From: Mucisphaera calidilacus
GTDB lineage: Bacteria > Planctomycetota > Phycisphaerae > Phycisphaerales > Phycisphaeraceae
Length of the DNA stretch: 32,000 nucleotides
Reading direction: 5' to 3'
Assembly (NCBI RefSeq): GCF_007748075.1
Contig: NZ_CP036280.1
Span: 1,650,001-1,682,000, forward strand
Positions 25,192 to 32,000 of the stretch are shown one piece after another. The stretch's first letter is position 1. Every line of letters begins with the position of its first letter. A program made the position numbers and the translations under genes. The notes under the pieces are model-generated. The model saw nothing but the letters and a program-made list of their open reading frames with translations. It made no database searches and was not told where the DNA came from.

Positions 25192-26153
25192 TGGAAGTCT
25201 GGTTCTGGGCCGCCGTAACGGTAATCTCCTGGGGAATCTGGCTCGCGCCGCTGGAGTGTGCCCCGTCCATCGACGCACGGGTCAAGACACTCATGATCAC
25301 GCTGGGAAACGCCGGGGTGTCGCTGGCGCTCGCAGCATCATGGGGCTTTGCGGGCCTCACCTGGGCCGTGGCATGGCCGTCGATTCTGGGCGGGATGCTC
25401 TGGGCATTGAGCGGCTGCTTCGCGGTGCTCGCCACCGAGCGACTCGGTATCGCCGTGGCCATGGGCGTCTGGGCACCGCTCAACATCCTGACCTCGCTGG
25501 CGTGGGGCGGGCTCTTCTTCGGCGAACTCACCGGCATGAACGGGACACGCATCGCCCTGCTGTGCCTGGCCTTCGTGATGATGTCGGGGGGGATCGCGAT
25601 GCTGGTCAAGGGATCATCGACCGACGTAGACGCGACCGAAACCACAGCGCCACAGAAACACCTCCCCGCCAGCGGCCAGACGCTGGGCTGGCTGGCGGTC
25701 GTCCTCGCCGGCATCGGCTGGGGCACCTACTTCGTACCGGTGCGCGCGGTCGATGCGTCACTCTGGGTGATGGCCTGGCCACTCTCGTTGGGCATGCTGC
25801 TCGGCGCCGCGCTGATCTGGGGCGGCGGGCTGCTCTGGCGTGGCCGCCCCGCCACCAACCGCAAGTCGCCCCGACCCGCCCAACCCGTGAGAATCTGGGT
25901 GCTCGGATTGGCAGCCGTCTCCGGACTGCTGTGGGCTTCGGGCAACTACGGCGCGCTCAACCTCATGCAGGGGCTCGGAACAGGACCCGGATTCGCGGTC
26001 GCCCAGTGCTGCCTCGTCGTCAACGCCATCGTGGGGATGACACTCTTCGGCAGGCCCCCTCGACGCTCGACCGGCGGACGCTGGGTCATGGTCGGCGTGG
26101 TCGTTGTGGCGGTCGGAACCGCGCTGATGGGATGGGTAGGCTCAAGCAGCTGA
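25191..26153 (+). CDS. DMT-superfamily sugar transporter (GRP/GlcU- or RhaT-like), about 10 TM helices
   Basis: The ATG at 25191 overlaps the upstream TAA (TAATG). The protein is 320 aa and very hydrophobic. LGGMLWALSGCFAVLATERLGIAVAMGVWAPLNILTSLAWGGLFFGEL fits the GlcU/RhaT-type pattern as I recall it. Confidence 0.55.
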   Translation: MEVWFWAAVTVISWGIWLAPLECAPSIDARVKTLMITLGNAGVSLALAASWGFAGLTWAVAWPSILGGMLWALSGCFAVLATERLGIAVAMGVWAPLNILTSLAWGGLFFGELTGMNGTRIALLCLAFVMMSGGIAMLVKGSSTDVDATETTAPQKHLPASGQTLGWLAVVLAGIGWGTYFVPVRAVDASLWVMAWPLSLGMLLGAALIWGGGLLWRGRPATNRKSPRPAQPVRIWVLGLAAVSGLLWASGNYGALNLMQGLGTGPGFAVAQCCLVVNAIVGMTLFGRPPRRSTGGRWVMVGVVVVAVGTALMGWVGSSS

Positions 26154-26165
26154 CCCCAACTCCGG

Positions 26166-27287
26166 TCAACGCCGATCGAAATCGGCCTCCTGCTGAGCCG
26201 AAAGCCCCGCGTGAGAACGCTGATTGATACCCGGGTTATCCGCCATATAAGTCCACAACTGAACGGTGCCGTCTTGGTGCGCCGTCGTGAGCAGCGCACC
26301 GGAGGCATTGAAATGCATGTACTCCAGGTGGTCGGTGAGCGGCACACGCAGCGCGATCGGCACACTCCGGTTGTTCAACGCGGTGTCGAGCGCATGCCGC
26401 GTGGCGATGAAATCAATAACGTTCACCTTCCCCGCTGAAAGGACATAACGGCTGTCCGCGGTCCACTCGACGGTCTCGATCTTGTCGCCCGTCTTGTTGA
26501 GTCGGCGAATATACTCGCCGGTCGACGCGTGGTAGAAGTAAAGCCAGCCGTGATTGGCACCCACCACGACGTAACGGCCATCCGGTGAAATCTTCACGCA
26601 GATGAAGCGGCTCCACTGGGGGTATTCGCTGTCGTAGAACACCTCGTTCTGGTAGCGAAGACTCCGTGTCGCAGTATCCCACGCCTTCATGTGCGCACCA
26701 CCGACAACCACGAAGTACGCGTCGTCGGGGCTGAAGGAGATCTCGTTCGCCGTCGAACCCTGAAACACTCGGCCAATCTCCTCCCACGTCTCCGTGTTGT
26801 ACAGAACGACCTCGGCGGTCGGCTCGGAATCAGGATCCGAATCGTGCAACGACTCCTCGCCCATCGCCATGATCGTTCCGTCATGCGAAAGAGCGAGACT
26901 GTCAATACCGGCGCGATGCCTGAACGCCCGCAGCACCTCACCGGTCCCCGCATCAATCACACGCATCTGGTGGTCTTCACTGACCGAGACCACCCGCCGA
27001 CCGTCACCGGTCCACGCCACGCGCTCGATCTCCGCGGGCAGCCGCGTCTGCCACTGCATCACACCGTCTGCCGTACGAAACACACGAACGGTGTTGTCGT
27101 ACTTGGTGCCCGTCACGATATAAGCACTATCACGCGAGAACTCGGCCGACTCGACAGAGCCATACTCACCCATGAGGTCCGCCATGCGACTCCAGACATG
27201 GTTGAGCGCATGATCCTCGTTGCCTCTGACAGGACCGGAACAGCTCAGCAGGCACACAAAAAGCGTAATCAGGCTGCGTGGTGTCAT
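26166..27287 (-). CDS. WD40/beta-propeller repeat protein, probable lipoprotein
   Basis: I place the start at ATG 27287, giving MTPRSLITLFVCLLSCSGPVRG (signal peptide with a possible L-L-S-C lipobox). WD-like blades: DNTVRVFRTADG, SEDHQMRVIDAGTGE, SHDGTIMAMG, SPDGRYVVVGANHGWLYFYH, AHQDGTVQLWTY. Confidence 0.7.
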   Translation of the reverse strand: MTPRSLITLFVCLLSCSGPVRGNEDHALNHVWSRMADLMGEYGSVESAEFSRDSAYIVTGTKYDNTVRVFRTADGVMQWQTRLPAEIERVAWTGDGRRVVSVSEDHQMRVIDAGTGEVLRAFRHRAGIDSLALSHDGTIMAMGEESLHDSDPDSEPTAEVVLYNTETWEEIGRVFQGSTANEISFSPDDAYFVVVGGAHMKAWDTATRSLRYQNEVFYDSEYPQWSRFICVKISPDGRYVVVGANHGWLYFYHASTGEYIRRLNKTGDKIETVEWTADSRYVLSAGKVNVIDFIATRHALDTALNNRSVPIALRVPLTDHLEYMHFNASGALLTTAHQDGTVQLWTYMADNPGINQRSHAGLSAQQEADFDRR

Positions 27288-27510
27288 CGTAGGGGCTCTC
27301 TCAATAATCACGAGCTGTATCCGGGCGATGCCGTCTACATATCAGGACAATCAACAATTCGGACGCATCAGGATGACGGGCATTCTAACAGAGCGTCCTT
27401 CTATCTTCATTTTCACGAAAGATGAATATCTGGGATAGTACAGTCACACCGGCTGGCGTTCATCCGGGTAACGTAGGCCGGCAGACACCCCTCCAGCCCG
27501 AAAGCCTCTC

Positions 27511-29559
27511 ATGAAGAATCAAGTCTTTACCGCGGTGATGTATTTCGCCCCCCATCAGGAAAACGACCGTGAATCAGCTCGACGTGACTTCATAACAATT
27601 CGTGCGTGCGGATTCGATACCATCCGCATCGCCCCACCCGAACAGGTGCTCATGCCGGGAGAGGACTATGACCTTTTCTGGATGCAGGACTGGCTTGATA
27701 CCGCCGCAGAAGAGGGCCTCACCGCCATCGTGCACGCTTTTGAAGAACCCCCGCCCGGAATCCTGAAGCAGCATCAACTCGACCTCGCCAACTGGCACGC
27801 TTTGTACAGCGACGACCCACGCTTCCTGGCGGTGCTCGATGACTGGGTCATACCCGTCGTCCAACGATTCGCATCGCACCCGGGACTCAGAATCTGGGCC
27901 GGGCCGGGCGAACCCCCCGCAGGCGCCCACGGGTTGGCCCGTGATACTGATCACAAGGCCTTTATCCGCTGGCTGAGAGACCAGTACGGCACAGCCGATG
28001 CGATGGATCAGGCATGGAATCCCTACCCAGCCAAGGGATACCGCCTGATCCACCGATTCGAGGACGCCAGCCGTGTCATCGGAGCGACCGACGCCGATGG
28101 ATCGATCAACGGCGTCCATGGAGCCAAGTTGATCTACGGAGCTCAACGCGACCTTATGCGATTCCTGACCGACAACCGGCTGGAGAAGGCACGTGCGGTC
28201 GCACGACTCATCCGGAGTCATGACACACACCACCCCGTCTACTTCGGGTCGCACCATCAGTTCGGTAACAACCCGGAACACCTCTGGGACAACGCCGCGA
28301 TGGCGAAGGTAGGCGACGGCCACGGGACCTCGATTCACCTCTCCTGGCACTTCGAATCAGTCGATGGCGAAATCGACCTACCGCTATATATTCACGGACG
28401 CCTCACACGCGACGCCGCCAAGGGCCAGCCGACCGCCAACTGGGAGGCGACAGGAGGGCCTGTCCAGTTCTCAGGCGGCTACGGCAACCACATGTCACCC
28501 GGGCTGATGAGGCGGATCTGCCTTTCCATCCTCGCCTCGGGTAACCAAGGCATCGGCTTCTGGTCGTGGAACGCACGCCCGGGAGGATGGGAGGTGGGGG
28601 AATACGGCATGACGGCCAGAGACGGCTCGGTAACGCCTTGGGCCGACGCCGCAGGCCAGGTCGCTCAGGCAGCACGAACGCACAGCGAGGAACTTGCCTC
28701 GGCAGACCATCACCCCCGTGTCGGCATCCTGCAGAGCTGGGATACCGAGGCGATCTACTGCCTCGAACCCGACCGGCACGAGAAGGGATTGAAACACCTC
28801 CCACGCGAAGCATGGATCGGAACCGCACGCGCACTGACCAACCACGCGATCCCCTACGCCTTTGTGGACGAGACCGAGATCAGCGCCGACGCCGAAACCG
28901 CTGCTGATCGTTGGCCCTGCATCATGGCGATGCACCTGCGGGCGCTCAGTGACACAGCCGTCGATGCCCTGGAGGCCTATGTTCTGGCAGGCGGCAGGCT
29001 CGTCACCGACGTCTCGTTCGGCTGGCTCGACGCGTGGGGAAAATCCCGACCACCTTCAACACGACTGACCGGCGGCTATGTCAACAACATCCACGACACC
29101 CGAACGACTCATAAGAAACTTGATGGCCTCGCGGTCACCGGCTTCTTCGGAGACCTCGTTGTGGATGACGCCCAAGTCCTCGCGACGTTTGAGGACGGCC
29201 GGCCAGGAATCATCGAGGCCAGGCGGGGTCACGGATCGGTGGTTCTCATCGCAATCGATCCCGGGACGATGTGCCTGAAAGGCGACAGGCCCGATATCGA
29301 AACAATGCTGGCCAGTATCACTGGCCAGGAGAGTCCACTCACCAGTGAACGACCCCTGACCTACCGCCTCACCACCGGATCAATCGATCACGTCTTCGTC
29401 ATCAACCCGGGCCAGGAAACAACCTGCCGCGTCGCCCTCACCGACCGTCGCCATCAAACGGCACTCGACGTTCTCAACAACCGAACACTGGCGACTGACG
29501 ACCGTGGCATGGTACTCACCCTCCCGGCCGAAGACGCACTCTGGCTGAGGCTCAGCTGA
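27511..29559 (+). CDS. GH42-like (clan GH-A) beta-galactosidase-type glycosidase, no signal peptide
   Basis: 682 aa, a typical GH42 length. The N-terminal TIM-barrel blocks RDFITIRACGFDTIRI, HPGLRIWAGPGEP and HKAFIRWLRDQYGTADAMDQAWN resemble the GH42 F..WL...YGT...LN.AW segment. The central region HPRVGILQSWDTEA and LAGGRLVTDVSFGWLD resembles the GH42 trimerisation domain. Confidence 0.6.
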   Translation: MKNQVFTAVMYFAPHQENDRESARRDFITIRACGFDTIRIAPPEQVLMPGEDYDLFWMQDWLDTAAEEGLTAIVHAFEEPPPGILKQHQLDLANWHALYSDDPRFLAVLDDWVIPVVQRFASHPGLRIWAGPGEPPAGAHGLARDTDHKAFIRWLRDQYGTADAMDQAWNPYPAKGYRLIHRFEDASRVIGATDADGSINGVHGAKLIYGAQRDLMRFLTDNRLEKARAVARLIRSHDTHHPVYFGSHHQFGNNPEHLWDNAAMAKVGDGHGTSIHLSWHFESVDGEIDLPLYIHGRLTRDAAKGQPTANWEATGGPVQFSGGYGNHMSPGLMRRICLSILASGNQGIGFWSWNARPGGWEVGEYGMTARDGSVTPWADAAGQVAQAARTHSEELASADHHPRVGILQSWDTEAIYCLEPDRHEKGLKHLPREAWIGTARALTNHAIPYAFVDETEISADAETAADRWPCIMAMHLRALSDTAVDALEAYVLAGGRLVTDVSFGWLDAWGKSRPPSTRLTGGYVNNIHDTRTTHKKLDGLAVTGFFGDLVVDDAQVLATFEDGRPGIIEARRGHGSVVLIAIDPGTMCLKGDRPDIETMLASITGQESPLTSERPLTYRLTTGSIDHVFVINPGQETTCRVALTDRRHQTALDVLNNRTLATDDRGMVLTLPAEDALWLRLS

Positions 29560-29672
29560 TAAGTATGTTCATGCCATCCACAATCATACCGAACACACCC
29601 GCACCGAACGGGGGATGACCGCAGGCCGACAGCCCAAGCCCAGCATCGACAACCAACACGGCCGATAGCTGC

Positions 29673-31700
29673 CTAGTCCTCGCGTGCCGATACCTCATAC
29701 CCCAACTCATCCGCGAAGACCTCCCACGCCGACCACGCCATAAAGCGCCGAACCTGGTCGTACCACGTCGGATCGATCGCGCGCAGTGGCAGGTCGTCGT
29801 CGTCGGCAACAGGGCTGTTGCGCGCAACAGTGAAGTCAAGCCTGTTGGGGTCAACGAAACGCGGATCCTGCGTCACCGCGTCGGACGAGCCCTGGGTCTG
29901 CTCAAGCCACGAGCGGAACGCGTCATAGCCGCCATCCTGCTTGCGCCAATGACCATCATGCGTGATGTGGACGTGACCGAAGTGCGGCTCGCCATTGGGC
30001 CGCCCCGCCTGGAAAAGACGGTTGCCCTCGCCGATGTAACGGAAGGCGTAGGCGTGCTCGTTGGCGTGATGCCCGGGCTGAATCATCACGAGCATCTTCA
30101 GGTCGGGTCCGCCAACAATAAGGTTGTTCTGGTAGAGATTGAGACCGGGCCTGACGAGCCGCTGGGTCTTGTGCCACGAATGCTCACGCGGGTGATAGAC
30201 AACAGCCAGAGCAGGCAATGGGGTCTGATCGTCACCCTCGGTCATATCAGAGTTGTTGTAGATAATCGAATTCTTGAACGTCACCGGACCCGTAATCAGG
30301 GTGCGGACCGCGGACTTCTGAGCGTGGGCAACAATGCTCTTGTCGACGTAGTAAGGCCCGTTGCCGATCTCGAAGAACAGGCCTCGCTGGTTGTAGGCAC
30401 TCACCAGATTCTCAACAACGATATGCTCGCACTGGATGTCGTACCAGATACCCGGACAGAGATTACCAATCGCGGTGTGGTCACGGAGGATATTGAACTC
30501 GGTGTCGTGGAACTTGATACCCCCCATGGCCCAGCTGTTGTAGTTGCCCCAGTGGCCACGCCAGTTGTTGAAACTCGTGGAATTACCCTCAAAGAGCGTA
30601 TAACGATTCGGCCCCATGTTGATACCGCCGTCGCCGTTGTAGTCGAACCGGCTGTTGCGGATCGTCAGGTAATCAATGCTGTTCAGGCGAAGGCCGGTGA
30701 AGTTATTCCAGGTGAAGGCGCAATCCTCGATGAGCACCTGCTCATACTTGCCGCGCAGGAACACCGGCCCGATGACACCGCCCTGCCGCTGACTCGCCGC
30801 GCGGGTAAACGTCATGCCACGGATGACGAGATGCTCCTTGCCCCCGTCGACACGCAGGAGGTTGCCACGCGTAGACACCTCGATGCGGGCCGTACGCAGG
30901 TCTTCGGTCTTCACGGGCCTGAAGTAGAGTCGATCCGACCACGGCGCAGAGTCCTCAGACTCCGCGACACCAAAGGTACCCGGGGTCAACACCTCGCGCG
31001 GATCCCTCACGCCATGCCGACTGTAGACCAGCCGCGAGTTGGAACCCATCTGCAACTTGCCCTCACGCCTGACCGACCACGCCTCCACGAGCACCTGCTT
31101 CGCCAGGTAGTCATCCACAAACAGCATCTCGCTTCGATGCCCCAGATACCCCTCCGGACCCCAGTCGGGTGAGCGGTGGCCAAAGTTGTGCTCCCACGGA
31201 ATCGCGTAGACACCCTGACCAACGTCCACCCAGTCCTCCGCCTTAACCACATCGGCGCCGGTGAAGATGGTCTTGTCGGCTCCGGCACCCTCGATGATCA
31301 GAAGCGTGCTGCGCACCAGACCGTCGCGTGTATCAAGCACACCCGCCGACTCCCGATACGTGCCCGGACCGATCTTGAGCTTGGTCGGCGTGCCCTCGGC
31401 AAGTGTCACCGAAGCGGCCCGCAGCCCGGCACGAATCGAGGGGAACGGGCGACGCTCCGTGCCGTCCGCCCCCGCATGCCGCGCACCGGATCGGACGTGA
31501 ATCGTGGCCTTGACGTGCTCGTCAGAAAGACGGCGTTCGTCAGCACCCGCGGTCTTCTCATCCATACGCTTGGCCCAGAGCGGCAGCTCATCCGCCAGCG
31601 TCGCCGCCGTGCCGATCCCGATACAGGCCAACATCACGCAAGCCACCAACGCACGCAGGCCCCGACAGAACGGGGTGTATTCAGCGAAAGAGCGATTCAC
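29673..31700 (-). CDS. secreted right-handed beta-helix protein (putative polysaccharide lyase or hydrolase)
   Basis: I place the start at GTG 31700, preceded by AAGGAG with a 7-nt spacer. This gives the signal peptide (M)NRSFAEYTPFCRGLRALVACVMLACIGIGTAATLA/DE. Beta-helix coils: LLIIEGAGADKTIFTGAD, VIRGMTFTRA, IEDCAFTWNNFTGLRLNSIDYLTIRNSRFDYNGDGGINMG, FEGNSTSFNNWRGHWG, ILRDHTAIGN, VENLVSAYNQRGLFFE. Confidence 0.7.
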   Translation of the reverse strand: MNRSFAEYTPFCRGLRALVACVMLACIGIGTAATLADELPLWAKRMDEKTAGADERRLSDEHVKATIHVRSGARHAGADGTERRPFPSIRAGLRAASVTLAEGTPTKLKIGPGTYRESAGVLDTRDGLVRSTLLIIEGAGADKTIFTGADVVKAEDWVDVGQGVYAIPWEHNFGHRSPDWGPEGYLGHRSEMLFVDDYLAKQVLVEAWSVRREGKLQMGSNSRLVYSRHGVRDPREVLTPGTFGVAESEDSAPWSDRLYFRPVKTEDLRTARIEVSTRGNLLRVDGGKEHLVIRGMTFTRAASQRQGGVIGPVFLRGKYEQVLIEDCAFTWNNFTGLRLNSIDYLTIRNSRFDYNGDGGINMGPNRYTLFEGNSTSFNNWRGHWGNYNSWAMGGIKFHDTEFNILRDHTAIGNLCPGIWYDIQCEHIVVENLVSAYNQRGLFFEIGNGPYYVDKSIVAHAQKSAVRTLITGPVTFKNSIIYNNSDMTEGDDQTPLPALAVVYHPREHSWHKTQRLVRPGLNLYQNNLIVGGPDLKMLVMIQPGHHANEHAYAFRYIGEGNRLFQAGRPNGEPHFGHVHITHDGHWRKQDGGYDAFRSWLEQTQGSSDAVTQDPRFVDPNRLDFTVARNSPVADDDDLPLRAIDPTWYDQVRRFMAWSAWEVFADELGYEVSARED

Positions 31701-31765
31701 AGACGGTCTCCTTGATTCAGAGAAGGCAATGGTCGACAGGAAGCGACAGCACGCGCCGCGACGGA

Positions 31766-32000
31766 CTAACCCTTGATCGCGCCCGCGGCCAGACCGCGGA
31801 CAAACCATCGCATGAGAAAGATGAACATGATGATGAGCGGGATCGACGAGAGCGAATAACCCGCCATCATCTCACCCCACTGCTTGACATACTCACCCTC
31901 CAGTCGAAGCAGCCCGACGGGGATCGTCAGCTTCTCGTCGTCGCGGAGGATAACGAGGGGGAGCATGACGTTGTTCCACACGCCCAGAAACTTCATGATG
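31766..32000 (-). CDS. carbohydrate ABC transporter permease (MalG/CUT1-type), 3' end only; gene continues beyond the right edge
   Basis: The C-terminal sequence WNNVMLPLVILRDDEKLTIPVGLL...SLSSIPLIIMFIFLMRWFVRGLAAGAIKG is the canonical ending of sugar ABC permeases. It lies 65 nt upstream of the secreted beta-helix gene on the same strand. Confidence 0.85.
   Translation of the reverse strand, partial: IMKFLGVWNNVMLPLVILRDDEKLTIPVGLLRLEGEYVKQWGEMMAGYSLSSIPLIIMFIFLMRWFVRGLAAGAIKG

Noticed and set aside
27422-27429. ATGAATAT half-site resembling the LacI operator arm, in the WD40/GH42 divergent spacer
   Set aside because: Only one arm is present; the sequence continues CTGGGATA with no TATTCA partner at the right spacing. 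Isolated GAATAC/GTATTC half-sites also occur inside coding regions, for example near 300 and 31677. I do not count it as an operator.
1-32000. Search for mobile elements, defence systems, CRISPR arrays, and tRNA, rRNA or riboswitch genes
   Set aside because: No transposase, integrase or recombinase motifs were found. Nor were there terminal inverted repeats, direct-repeat arrays, nuclease/ATPase defence-type gene pairs, or tRNA-like cloverleaf regions. All sizeable intergenic regions are accounted for as promoter or leader regions.

Overview
High-GC window, well above 60% by eye, with about 20 genes. It reads as a carbohydrate and sulfated-glycan utilisation island of the kind found in sulfatase-rich PVC-type bacteria (Planctomycetota, Verrucomicrobiota, Kiritimatiellota); that taxonomic placement is inference only. 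Recognisable products: a 5'-truncated GH29 alpha-L-fucosidase; four S1-family sulfatases; a LamG + DUF1961/YesU-like protein; a sodium:solute symporter; a GH31-like glycosidase; an alpha/alpha-toroid repeat protein; a LacI-family repressor; a UxaE-family tagaturonate/fructuronate epimerase; a membrane protein that looks like a catalytically dead M48 peptidase; a 1037-aa beta-helical surface protein with dockerin-like repeats and a PEP-CTERM anchor; ribulokinase AraB; two right-handed beta-helix proteins (one cytoplasmic, one secreted); a DMT/GRP-type sugar transporter; a WD40 lipoprotein; a GH42-like glycosidase; and the 3' end of a sugar ABC permease. Of the sulfatases, one has Ser at the formylglycine position and carries a Tat signal plus lipobox, one has no signal peptide, and two are exported Cys-type enzymes. 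The clearest non-coding signal is a LacI-type palindrome (core GAATAnnTATTCATA) present four times, in two divergent promoter regions; it links the regulator to four transcription units. I found no tRNA, rRNA, CRISPR array, transposase, integrase, or recognisable defence or toxin-antitoxin module. The many long ORFs antisense to these genes look like high-GC shadow ORFs. Nothing here is demonstrably a new system. The best candidates for novelty are the apparently intracellular desulfation/DUF1961 operon, the pseudo-M48 membrane protein, the uncharacterised beta-helix enzymes, and the regulon architecture. All family calls come from motif recognition by eye and need HMM or BLAST confirmation.
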